Assembly (NCBI RefSeq): GCF_009914755.1
Contig: NC_060939.1
Direction: 5' to 3' (one strand)
From: the human T2T-CHM13v2.0 reference genome, Homo sapiens
Length of the DNA: 64,000 nt
Part shown: piece after piece, positions 40,010 to 52,550 of the stretch
How positions within the stretch are numbered: position 1 is the first letter of the stretch
Layout of the letters: each line of letters starts with the position of its first letter
Made by a program: the position numbers and the translations under genes
Notes under the pieces: generated by a model
Seen by the model: the letters and a program-made list of their open reading frames with translations, nothing else
What the model was told of the DNA's origin: nothing
Databases searched by the model: none

Positions 40010-40700
40010 TCCCTTAGTATAACAGCTTCACTGAAGTATAACTGGCATATAGTGAATTACACAATTTAGTAAGTTTTGATGTAGGTATATACCTGTGAAA
40101 TCATTACCACATTCAAAATAGTGACCATACCCATCATCTCCAGAAGTTTCTTCATGCATGCCCCTTTATTATCTTTACTTCATGCCCCTTTATTATCTTT
40201 ACCTCATGCCCCTTTATTATCTTTACTTCATGCCCCTTTATCATCTTTACTTCATGCCGCTTTATCATCTTTACTTCATGCCGCTTTATCATCTTTACTT
40301 CATGCCCCTCCACACTCCACCCTCTCAAAGTAACCATTGATCTACTTAATGTAACTACAGATTGATTGTTTTGTATTTTCTAGAGTTTTATATAAATGGA
40401 ATTACATAGTATGTACTTTTCTTTATAGTCTGGCTTCTTTCACTCAAATAATTATTTTGAGATTCTTCTCTGTTGTTGCATGTATAAATAATTCATTCAT
40501 TTTTTGTAGTAATATCCCATTATATGGGTATACCAAAATTTATCATTCATTTGCTGATGAGCATTTGGGTTATTTACAGTTTTATTTACAAATAAAGCTG
40601 TTACGAATATTAGTGTACGAGTCTTTATATGGACATATATTTTCATTTCTTTTGGTTAAATAGGATGACTAGGTCACAGGGTAGGTATCTGTTTTACCTT
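40010..40700 (-). mobile_element. Old L1M 3' fragment hosting a minisatellite
   Basis: tttctagagttttatataaatggaat..catagtatgtact..tctggcttctttcactca..ttttgagattc. Confidence 0.8.
40157..40308. repeat. 24-bp minisatellite, about 6.3 copies (CATGCCSCTTTATYATCTTTACTT)
   Basis: Units start at 40157, 40181, 40205, 40229, 40253, 40277 and 40301. Confidence 0.97.
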
Positions 40701-40889
40701 TTTTGGGAATAACATATTTATCATAAAGGGCTAATTTTCTTAATACACAAAGAGATCTTGTAGCTCGGTAAGAGTAAGATCAAAAATCCAACAGAAAAAT
40801 GGGCAGAGGACAAAACCAGGTAGCTAATATCAAAAAATATACAAATGGCTTTAAGCATAAGAAAATATTTTTGGAAAGCTGAACAAAAA

Positions 40890-41145
40890 ACTTAATATGT
40901 TGTTTAAAATTTAAACCTCTAGAGTCAGTCTGCTTGGGTTTGCATATTCTCTAACAATCAGTGTAATCAAGTTCCCTAACCTTCCTGTGTTTCAGTTTTC
41001 TCATCAGTAAAATGTGGCTAATAATAGCAATATCATCTACCTCAAGGGACTGTTATGAGTATTAGATAAGTTAATATATGTGGAGTTCTCAGAACAATAT
41101 CTGACACACAGTAAGTGCTCTATGGAAGTTTATTTTTATTATTAT
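40890..41145 (+). mobile_element. MIR inside an old + strand L1M fragment (about 40710-41720)
   Basis: tttcagttttctcatcagtaaaatgtggctaataatag...cacacagtaagtgctc. Confidence 0.75.
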
Positions 41146-42252
41146 TCAAATGCAAATTTAAACAGGAGAACATTTTTTGATTATCAGATTGACAAGGATT
41201 AAAAAGCTCAATAATACACAACACTGGCAAAGATATCTAGAATCACTGTTATATACTGTAGGCAGGAACACAAATTGTGCAATTTCTTTGGAGGACAAGT
41301 TGACTTTACATGTTAAAATGATAAATATTCATACTTTTTCATTCAATTTTAAATAATTTATCTTTGCTCTTTATAGTATTAATTATATTGTCAAAAAACA
41401 TATATGACTCTTAGTAGGGGTCTGGTTAAATAAATGATGATATAGCCACACAATGGGATGTCATATAGTCATAAAAAAAGAAAAAAGGAGCACTTCTCCA
41501 TAAGCTAATCTCTAAGACACATTATTGGGTTAAAAAAAAGTAAGTTGCAGAGCAGTGTTTATGGTATGCCGCTTATATTGCTGTAAATAAGTTGTGTATG
41601 TGTTGGTGTAAATACACATGCATATGCACACATTAATAAACATATTTTGCTTCAAAATGCATAGACTTTTCTAGAAGGATACACAAGAAAGGGAATAGTT
41701 CCTTCTGAAGAGGGACTAAAAGAAGGGACCAGGAGATTGGAAATCAGATCTCGGTATGACTGTGGTTGGGTTTGGTTGTGTACACTTTTATACTGCTTGA
41801 GTATTTATTTCTTGTCAAGAGAATATTACATTAAAAGAATTTGTAGTATGTAATTATAGATTCACAGGAAGTTGGAAAATTCGTGCAGAGAGGTACCATA
41901 TACCCTTCATCCAATTTCAAACCCTGCTGGTAACATCTTATATAACCCTAGTGCACTATCAAAACCATGAAATTGATGTTGGACAATCCAAAGACTTTAT
42001 TCAGATTTCACCAGTTTTACAGGCACTCATTGTATGTGTGTAATTGTTTGCAGTTTTATCATGTGTAGTTTTGACCACCACAGTCAAGATACAGAACTGT
42101 TTCATCACAACAGAAATCCCTGTGCCATCCCTATATAGTCATATCTCTCATCCTAACCACTGACAACGTAACTCCTGGCCTTAAAGAGCATATAGTTTTA
42201 TAGGGGAGATAATAGAGATATACCAACAATTCAGTACAAAGAACAACACAAG

Positions 42253-42606
<354 letters not shown>

Positions 42607-44818
42607 TTAAAAAAGGATCAGAAAAATCTTCATGGAAATAATTAGTATAGTTATAAGGAGAACTGGCTATAGTTCTGATTCTGCATTAAACACCACTAAC
42701 TAACCAGATGTATAAAATAAGAAAGTTGAGAGAAAGATTTTTTTAGTGGTCCCTTTTAGTATAGTCTTAATACTGTGGATAATTTGGCATCATCCTTGAA
42801 GGAGGGCTATGATTTTATTCATTTATCAAATATTTGACCATTTTATGCCAGGCACTGCTCTAGGCTCTGTAAGTACCTCAGTGAACAAAACAGACAAAAA
42901 TCCCTACCCCTACCCTGAGAAGACATACATTTTAGATGAGTGAATTAAAAAAAATGTAAGTTTACAGCATGTTAGAAGATAAGTAGTAAAGAGGAAAAAT
43001 AAACCAGGGAAGGGGGAATAAAGTATGGGAGGAGTTACACTTCTCTAAAGGATGGCCAGGAAAATTCACTGATAAGGTGACTTTTAAATAACATGAAGAC
43101 AGTCAGTGAAGGAGATATGACACAAATACAAATCATTCTAGGCCCAGGGAATAGCAAATGCCAAGTCTCTGAGGTTGGAGCATGCCTGCGGTATTTACAT
43201 TTGAAGAAGCTTGTCATTGGAGTTGAGTAAAGGACTGGGTAATATAGGATGAAGTCAGAAAGGTAATGATGGCACTGGTGATGGGCTGGTTGTGCTGCCA
43301 GGTCAAGCAAGGTCTTATAGACCATTTTAAGGACTTCAGCTTTTAGACTAAGTGATACGTGGTATAGAAAGACATTGGATGAGTTGGAACAGAATAGTGA
43401 CATGATTGGACTTTTAAAGAGTCAGTCTGGCAACTGTTGAGAGTAGGCTAAAGGAGAACAAGGGCAGAAGCAGTGAAACCACCTAGGAGACTGTTGCAGT
43501 AATTCAGGTGAGAGGTGATGGCTTGGACCAAAATGGTAGTAGTGGTGGTGGTGAGTAATTGACATTTTGAGGTCAACAGGATTTGGGGGACTGGGAAGCA
43601 GGGAGAGAAAAAAGAGGGAGGCACAGAGGTTAAGGGTGATACAAAGTTTGTGGTCTGAGCACCTAGAAGGCTAGTTACCCATTTGCTGTTATGGGTAAAA
43701 CTATGATGGAAGATTTTGGAGGAGAGAAGTTGGATCTTGGACAAAGTAAATTTAAGATATATCTTAGGTATTCTAAGTGAGATGACTGCTAACTATCTGA
43801 GTCTAGAGTTCAAAGGAAAGGAATGGGCTAGAGGTTTAAGTTTGGGAATTATGTATAGATGCTATTTAAAGAAATCAGATCAGATGACTTCACTAAGGGA
43901 GTAAGCATAAAGAGGCGAAGGTCCAGGACAGAGATTTGGAGCACTACAACATTTAAAGTTTGGGAAATGAAGAACTAGCAAAGGAAACTTAGAAGGAGAA
44001 ATCACTGAGGCAAGAGGAAAACCAGGAGAACATGGAATCTTGGAAGCCAATGAAGAAAGTGTTTTGAGAGGAGGGAGTAATGAACCCCTTGTCAGATGCT
44101 GCTCATAGTTCCAGTAAAGAGAACTGGTAATTGAATTGGTCATTCTAGTTTGCAATGTGGAATTCATTAGTGATTCTGACAAGAGCAGGTTTGATAGAGT
44201 GGTGGGGAAATAGACTCATTGGAATGGATTCAAGAGAAAGGGAAGTGAGAAATTGGAGACATGCAGAAAGAATCATTTTTCTGAGGAATTTTGCTGAAGA
44301 GGGAGGGAGAGAAATAGAATAGTAACTTAAGAGAGATGTTCAAAGAGTTTTTTTGTTTTTTGTTTTTGTTTTGACGTGTTTGTAGGAGGCTGAGAAAAAA
44401 ATGGAAAATTTGATGGGATAGACGAAGAGGTAGTGGTGGTTAATGGGGATCTAGTGTGTAAGTAAAAAGGTTGGGTCTTGGGTAGAGCAGAAATAGTTCA
44501 CGCTAGTAATGAAAGAGGAATCAGAATATGTGGGCACAGACGTAGTTAGGTAGATGTGGTTTGAGAGTTTGTAGAAGTTCTTTTATTGCTTCTAGTATTT
44601 TATTAGTAAAATAGGACACAGGGTCATAAGATAAAAGTGAGGATGAGAGGGAAGGTGATGGAAGATTGAGGAGCAAAAAGTTGAAATAGTTATGTAAGAG
44701 AGTGGCAGAATGGATGAATCAGGAAAATAAGGTATAATTGTCAGTCAGCATTAAGGAAACTCATTTGAGGCTCCTGGCCACGAATTTAAAGAGAAACCAA
44801 TTTATCAGACATCGTGTA

Positions 44819-44820
<2 letters not shown>

Positions 44821-44870
<50 letters not shown>

Positions 44871-45016
44871 TGCATGTCCATCCAGCCACATGCAGCTGTG
44901 TAGGTATCAACACAGAATAGGCAGAAAATTGCGCTGAAAGAGAGAGAGAGAGAGAGAGAGTCCATCCAGCCACATGCAGCTCTGTAGGTATCAACATAGA
45001 ATAGGCAGAAAATTGC
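44821..45016. repeat. (TG)15(AG)10 microsatellite and 84-bp-period duplication
   Basis: 56-bp core at 44877-44932 and 44961-45016 (2 mismatches), each preceded by an (AG)n run. Confidence 0.95.
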
Positions 45017-45284
45017 ATTGGTAACAACTAGCCAAGCAAGATTGACATAGTCAGAAGGAAGACAAGTAGTTAAGCATGTATGCAAAGGAAGGAAGGAAGT
45101 AAATGATTGAATATGGATTTAATTTGGGTAAGAAGGGGATTGAGGACATGGGAAGGTAAAAGGAAGTGCAGAAGTCATCAGATTAGTGGACTACAGGTCT
45201 GTTGGGTTGGCAGATTTTTTGGAGTTAGGATATTAGAGGTAGTGAGCTGGTATCAGAGTGTGATACTTAAAAATGGTATTTCGA

Positions 45285-45572
45285 GGCTGGGCATCATGCC
45301 TCATGTGTGTAATCCTAGCACTTCGGGAGGCTGAGGCAGGTGGATCACTTGAGGTCAGGAGATTGAGACCAGCCTGGCCAACATGGTGAAACCCCGTCTC
45401 TACAAAAAAATACAAAAATTAGTCGGGTGTGGTGGTGCGTGCCTGTAGTCCCAGCTACTCAGGAGGCTGAGGTGGGAGGATCACTTGAGTCCAGTGAGCT
45501 GTGATTGCACCACTGCACTCCAGCCTGGGCGACAGGGTGAGACCCTGTCTCAGAACAAAACAAAACAAAAAA
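45285..45572 (+). mobile_element. Alu SINE with a small right-arm deletion
   Basis: Dimer; tcacttgagtccagtgagct lacks the gaggttg segment. Confidence 0.9.
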
Positions 45573-45959
45573 TGGCATTTTGGAAGGGTTGCATTTATTA
45601 AAATTGAGAAGGTTTAAGGTTTGACTGTATGGGAATGAGTATAAAATAGGGTTGAGGGAAGGATCAGTGGAAGATCCTAGATCTACTGAAGGGCAGAACT
45701 TCCTTTCTGATAATAAGAAACTGACAAGCAAGAATTGGGAAAGGATTGTGTGGATGATGAGATTCCCAAGCATTATGAAAATAATGATGGTGTAATGAGC
45801 AAGCAGCTAAAATCTTCAAGAAATAAAGTGGAGAGCTTGATAACTGCAGTAAAGAACGGCTACAGTCTGATGATGAGATTTCAGTTTGGATGTTTTTAGG
45901 GAAGAGTTAGGAAGAATTGTCTGGAATGGGCAACTAGGATTGAGAAAGAATAGAAGCTT

Positions 45960-46355
45960 TTAGTCTGAGGAACTGAGCCACCATTATCAGGCCTAGAGAG
46001 GCACTGAAATGAAATAATTACCTCTGGAAGCCACATGCTGTGTGGGCTCTAGACTGATACCAGGTAGCCATAAAATGCCATGTGCTAGACGCCATAACTC
46101 ATACCCTATAGTTCGACAATATATAGTCAATCACTAATCAATGCTATTTCTGTAAACCAATGAGAATTCCTGTCAAACAATTGTGTATCAGTCTGCTCCA
46201 TGTCCCCCTTTGCCTTTAAAAACCTGCTGGTAACAAAGGCTGAATGGGGCACTCCCCAAGGCAACTTGGAAATGTGTCCTAGGCTGCAGGTCTCAACCTT
46301 GGCTCAAATAAATTCTCTATATTAATTTTACTTCAGTTTCTTCCTTTAGGTCAGT
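45960..46355 (+). mobile_element. ERV1 solo LTR, MER67-like
   Basis: tgtaaaccaatgagaattcctgtcaaacaa...gcactccccaaggcaacttggaa...aaataaa.tctctatattaatttt..cagtttcttcctttaggtc. Confidence 0.7.
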
Positions 46356-47124
46356 AGGATCAAGAAGACCTACCTTCACATCCAGGCCCTGTGGTATGAG
46401 GAGTTGGGAGGGAAAACACATAACACTTGAGAAAGCTTCAGGGGAAATGCCGATAACAGAGAACCAAGTTGTAGTTAGAGCAAGAATGACTTTAACTAGT
46501 AGAACCAGTGAAGAACATCCCAAATAGAGGAAACACCAGAAACAGAGTCACAAAAGGTACATTATTTGATGTTGGAGAATAGCGACAACTCTAGTGCAGT
46601 TTAGAATTTAAGGTTTATTCCAGTTTGATGTCTTCGTAGTCACATCCCTTTTAGTATCATGTAGAATTTATAGGCATTCTCTATATTTTAACATCCAGGA
46701 ATTTTTCATAAGAATGAACATCAATCCCAATATTGAAATAGTAGGACATGGCTTAATACTGATCCTGAACCATTAATAATGATTTTTGTTACAGCTTCCC
46801 AGCCACTTCTTCAATTTAGTTGTAGCTCTGGGCATGCAATGCGGAATAATGACATCTCTCCTCCCTTATGAATCCTACCTCCCACCAAGTCTCTCAGGAA
46901 TACCCAAATCAGAGAAAAATATTAATTATAAAAAATAAGCATAGAGCTCTTTCATCTCTTTCCCAAAGTATTTCTAGAATTTTTTCACCTAGTTTATATT
47001 ACTACATTTAAATTACCCACTAATAGAATAACAGTGTTCTTAAAATATTTTTAGAAATCCAAGAGACCATGTTGGTTCTTAAGCACCTTTTGTTGTTCAT
47101 CAGCTACATGTATTATATCACTAA

Positions 47125-47590
47125 TATGTTTCAGTTAGGTGTCTTTCAACTTTAGATATCAGAAAGCCCAATTCAAACAACCTTACACAATGAAGAAATT
47201 TATTAGCTTAATGTAACTGGAAGTCCAGAGGAAAGGCAGTCTTTAGGATTAGTCAGTTAGTACCTTAATGAAGACACCAAAGATTCAGATCATTTCCATT
47301 GTTCCACTCTGCTGTCCACAGTGCTGGCTTTATTCCAGGGTGGGATTCTCAGATTCTCTTCATACAGTGGGTACCAGGAAGGAGCTATATGTTCTATAAG
47401 GAGGAAAAATTCTGGCTTCCTCCTAACAGAAAGGACAACCTTAACCAGAGGCCACCAGCAAACCTCTTCTACCTCTTCTCCTATCTGATTGACATGATTC
47501 CTTCTCATATCTGAGTCAGTTTCTGGCAGTGAGGATGGATCCACCATTGAGCTAAAGTTAGTTCTCCCAGTTTTTGCCACTCAGAGTTGT
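47125..47590. mobile_element. Old MaLR LTR (MLT1K/L-like)
   Basis: cagaaagcccaattcaaac..tttattagcttaatgtaactggaagtccagagg. Confidence 0.55.
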
Positions 47591-48169
47591 GGCATGGATA
47601 TTGGAGAACACAGTCACAATGTCTGCTTACAGTGTTTGCCTTGGTTGTGTTCTAATGCTCTGAGGTTCTTTATTCATTCTTATCTGTTACATTTTTATAG
47701 TGAGTTAAAATATGCTTCATCATACTTTATTGGTTTAATTGCCATGTTCAGAGCTTTCTGTCATATAGAGAGTAGAGCAATTATTAAGCATTCCTTTCTG
47801 CAAAAAGGGAAAAATGCTGGAATAGTGAAAAGATTGAAGATAGTTGGCAAATTTGAATCTGTACCTCCTTATAACCAATAGTTTTTAACCTCTTTCAACC
47901 TCCAGTAATTGACTTAGCTATCATTTACATAGAAACTTTAGTAATTTGATTTGTATCTCCTTTCTCTCTGTCAAAAGTTGCCTGAAGCGTTGTGGTAAAG
48001 TAGAAAGTGGACTGGGTTGTGATTAAGTTTCTAATTAATTCTAGCTCCACTGCTTTCCAGATCTGTGTGATCATGGGCAGATAACTTCATCTCAGACCTT
48101 CTGCTTGCTTCTCTGTAAGCCTGGAGAGAACTACCTGTCTTCTCATCAAGTTGTTTTTATTGGAGTTAG

Positions 48170-48985
48170 TGTAGCGAAAACTCTCAAACCGTGTTTTTTT
48201 CTACTCTCACACCACCACAAAAATCATCATCAATACAGAAGAAGACTTCTGTGACCAAAGGTATGGGGGTTTTTCCCTACACACCAAGCAGTGCACATCA
48301 GCTGGGTATTCTCCAGTTCAATTCTGGCACTGTCTACCTGGAGAATTTAAGAACATGCCAACCTATCCTTAAGATACCAGTCACAAGTCCGGGCCACCCC
48401 ATCCTTCAGACACCAGTTGCAAATCTGGGCCTCTGGAACTTCTGACCAACTGGTTTCAAGTTGGGTTCCTCTTTGGGCCCACTTCCTCTTTGGGCTCAAT
48501 TAATTTGCTGGAGTGGTGCACAGAACTCAGGGAAATACTTGCTTACCTTTAGTGGTTTATTATAAAGGATATATGTAGAGGATACAGATGAAGCGATGCA
48601 TAGGGTGAAGTATGGGGGAAGGGGTGCGGAGCTTTCATGTCCTCCCTGGGTATGCTACCCCCTGGGAACCTCCGTATGTTCAGCTATCCAGAAGCTCTCT
48701 GAACCAGTTTTCTTGGGTTTTTAAAGAAGCCTCATGACATCAACATTCCTTCCTCCAGGGTATGAGGCAGGACCCTCTCTGGAGGGTCTTAAGACCCACT
48801 GTCAGAGAGGCTGGGTAGATTAAAGTCCTGCTATAGAGCCGATAAAAGGAGAAGAGGAGAAGGTCAGAGGCCTGCCTCTGAGGCCTCACACCCTCAGCAT
48901 TATAACAAAAGACAAACAAGGGCTATAGGGGTTAGGAGCCAGGAACCATGAATGAAAACCAATGTATATGTATCATAATGCTGCA
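48170..48985 (-). mobile_element. ERVL-class solo LTR, MER21A-like
   Basis: Reverse-complement homology to the LTR at 290-1070 (cttctgtgacc, cagctgggt, attaatttgct..cagaactcaggga, tttattataaaggat). Confidence 0.8.
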
Positions 48986-50333
48986 GAGTTAAATAAGCTA
49001 ATATGAAAGAAATCTGATAAATATAGAGTAGCAAACAATTTTAAATTGCCTGAATTATTATATTCTAATAGTAAACTGTAGGCAGTTAAAGAGAGGAACC
49101 TGAATAACACAGAAGATTCTGATGCTAAAAAATAAATAGTTGATCTTAGTTTCTGAGTATCTAAGGTGTATCAGAAGAAGATAAGGATGTGTGCAGCTTT
49201 TTTGAAAGTAGATGCTTAATGAATAGTTAGCTACTAGTTAGTATATCCAATGGCTACTTCTCAAGTATTCCCTAGAATTTTTTTAACTTAAATTTTTGCC
49301 CCTTTTCTGGCTAAAGCTGTTTTTGAAGGTATCAACTAGGTATTATAAGCTTTAGGGCTTTGTGTAGCTTACAAGGTATGACAGATACATTTATTCAAAT
49401 TATTGACTGTTTTCTCATATACACTTTTTTTTTCCTTTCTTGGAATATCATTCTTTTGAAGAACCCCAGGGTTTCACATTGGGTGAAGTTTGGTTGTTAT
49501 TACCAAAAGAGATAGCACATTTCATTGCTGAGAACCCTCAAGAGCAAGACTTCATATTTGGAGTAGAATGAAATTAAGATGACACTAAAGAATTTGACTT
49601 ATAAAAAACTAATATATCCATTCAATGTCTTAGGTTAATGTTCATGGTGAGTCTGAGTATGTTAATAAACTGTATTAGCTATAGTTTCTGTATCTCATTA
49701 CTATTGGTTTGAAACTGGGTATATATGCTTCTTAAATTGTTGACATTCACCTTTTTGTTTTGAGCTAGTCACTGTTATCTGTCATGTTAGACTTGGGGCC
49801 ATAGCTTTTTCTAAATGAAAAGACTTATCTTACCATATTTTTTTTCTTTTACATAAGAGATACTATTAATATATATAAGCCTTGAAAGGAAAAGGATACT
49901 AATGTATGTTGACTGTGTTACTATGTACAAGCATACCAAACATTTAACATTTGTATCATTTAATTCTCCCTTCAACCTGGTGAGAGAGTATTATTGTCCC
50001 CATTTTACAAAAGGAAACATTGAAACATAGAGATTAAGTAAACAAAATTACTATAATGGAGAAATCCTGCTTTCTCCTTCCCTTTTACCCTCAGTGGGCA
50101 TTTTTCATACCTGCTTTCATTTAATTATACAACTCTTTGAAGATGTTATTATCATTTTGCAGATGAAGAAAAACATTAACATGAATGTACAATTTAAAGA
50201 ATAAGAAAATGAAAATGTGTACTACATTAAGGAATAGAAGCCTATATAAAAGGTTTTCGTTTGGTTTTGTTTACATCAATTGATTCTCAAATGTTAAACC
50301 AACCTTGCTTTTTTTCATATCAACACTACTTGG

Positions 50334-50817
50334 GGCCGGCCATGGTGGCTCACCTGTGCAATCTCAGCACTTTGGGAGGCCCAGGCGGGTGGATTGCTTG
50401 AAGTCAGGAGTTCGAGACCAGCTTGGCCAACATGGTGAAACCCCGTCTCTACTAAAAATACAAAAAATTAGCCAGGCATGGTGGCACGCACCTGTAGTCC
50501 CAGCTACTCAGGAGGCTGAGGCAGGAGAATCACTTCAACCTGGGAGGCAGAGGTTGTAGTGATCAGAGCTCGCCCCACTGCACTCCAGCCTGGGTGACAG
50601 AGCGAGACTCCATCTCAAAAAACAAAAAACAACAACAAAAAAAAAATTAGCTGGGCCTGGTGGTGCATGCCTGTAGTCCTAGCTACCCAGGAGTCTGAGG
50701 CAGAGAATCACTTGAACTGGGAGGTGGAGGTTGCCAAGATTGCCACTGCACTCCAGCTTGGGCGACAGAGTGAGACTCCGTCTCAAAACAAAAACAAAAA
50801 ACAAAACAAAACAAAAA
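50334..50817 (+). mobile_element. AluS followed by an extra right arm (three-arm Alu)
   Basis: Full dimer to about 50640, then aaaaattagctggg.. second right arm; single TSD aacactacttgg 50322-50333 / aacacaacttgg 50818-50829. Confidence 0.9.
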
Positions 50818-51424
50818 AACACAACTTGGTCATGAGGTATTGTACTTTTTACATATTGTTGGATTTGATTTATGTCATATTAAGTATTTTTACATCTATA
50901 TTCATAGGAAAATTGGTCTATAGTTTTCTTATAATATCTTAGTTTGGTTTTGATACAGGGTCATGGTGCCCTTATAGAATGACTTGAGAAGTGTTCTCTC
51001 TTCTTCAATTTTCTGGATAAGCCTTTTAGAATTAGTATTATTTCTTCCTTAAATGTTTGTTAGAATTGACCAGTGAAGTCAGTTGGACCTGGAAGTTTTC
51101 TTTGTGGGGTGGTTTTTAACTGTAATTTCAATTCCTTTAATATATGTAAGGTTATTCAGGTTATCTGTTTCTTCTTGAGTGAGCTTTATAATTTGTCTTT
51201 CATGGAATTTGTCTGTTTCATCTAAGTTGTTAAATCTATTGACATCAAGTTGCTCATGACGTTCTCTTACCCTTTTAATGTCTGTCTTTAATTTATCTCT
51301 CTCACTTGTGATATTGGTAATTTATGTATTTTCTCTCCACCCCCCTCCTCCATTAGTCTGGCTAGTGATTTATTAATTTTATTGATCTCAGAGAGCCAGC
51401 ATTTGCTTTCATTGACTCAATAAA

Positions 51425-52190
51425 AAATTTTAAATAAACTTTATTTTTTTAGAGCAGTTTTAGGTTCACAGCAAAATTGAGTGGAAAATACAGAGTTCTT
51501 ATATCCCCCCCACCAGCCTTTCCCACTTCAACATTTCACACCAGAAGTGGTATATTTGTTACAACTGAACCTACAGTGATGTATCATTATCACCCAAAGT
51601 CCATAATTTACATTGGGGTTCACTCTTGATGTTGTACATTCTGTGGGTTTTGACAAATGTGTAATGGCATATATCTACCATTATCATATTATCATACAAA
51701 ATAGTTCCACTCTCCTAAAAATCCTCTGTGCTCCACCTGTTCATCCCTACCTCCCAGTTAACCCCTGGCAACCACTGATCTTTTCACTCTCTCCATAGTC
51801 TTTGCCTTTTTCAAAGTTTCATACAGTTGAAATCATATAGTATGTCACCTTTTCAGATTGGCTTCTTTCACGTAGTAATATATACGTTTAAGGTTCTTGC
51901 ATGTCTTTTCATGCATGGCATGATTGCTCATTTCTCTTTAGCGCTGAATCATATTCCATTGTCTGGATGTGCCACGGTTTATTTATCCATTCACCTACTG
52001 AAGGACATATTGGTGGCTTCCAAGTTTGGGCAATTATGAATAAAACTGCTATAAACATAAGGACATACGTTTTCGACTCATTTGGGTCACTACCAAGGAG
52101 CATGATTGCTGGATCATATGGTAAGAGTATATTTAGTTTTGTAAGAAACTGCCAAACTGTCTTCCAAAGTGGCTTTACCATTTTGCATTT
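51425..52190 (-). mobile_element. L1MB/L1MA-type 3' end nested in the older L1
   Basis: ttttagagcagttttaggttcacagcaaaattgag; ORF 51909-52268 resembles the L1 ORF2 C-terminus (PLWKTVWQFL..PYDPAI.LLG..MFIAVLFIIAQTWK). Confidence 0.85.
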
Positions 52191-52367
52191 TACTGATCTC
52201 AAAGAACCAGCTTTTGGTTTCGTTGACTTTTTTCTATTTCTTTTCTGTTGTACGTGTATGTTTTTCATTCCTGCTCATCTATCTTTTCTTTCTTCTCCTT
52301 CTGTGTACTTCCCTTCAGAAGAGGAGGACACACTTACTGCTTAGGATTAGCTTGCTTTTCTCTTTCT

Positions 52368-52550
52368 AATTTTTTTTTAACTTTTATTTTAAGTTCAGGG
52401 GTACATGTGCAGGTTTGTTATATAGGTAAACTTGTGTCATGGAGGTTTGTTGTACAGATTATTTTGTCACTCAGGTATTAAGCCTAGCACCCTTTAGTTA
52501 GTTTTCCTGATCCTCTCCCTCATCCCACTCTCCACCCTCCAGTAGGCCCC
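52368..52550 (-). mobile_element. Older L1PA/L1PB 3' end
   Basis: cttttattttaagttcaggggtacatgtgcaggtttgttatataggtaaac. Confidence 0.82.

Larger units (their letters stand above)
42810..45950 (-). mobile_element. Long L2 (L2a-like) relic with nested repeats
   Basis: Starts at the L2 3' terminus (attcatttatcaaatatttga..tgccaggcactgctctagg) and continues as purine-rich L2 body sequence. Confidence 0.75.

Noticed and set aside
40121-40340. Repeat-protein ORFs and CRISPR-like periodicity
   Set aside because: Head-to-tail 24-bp minisatellite with no unique spacers and no cas genes, in a mammalian context.
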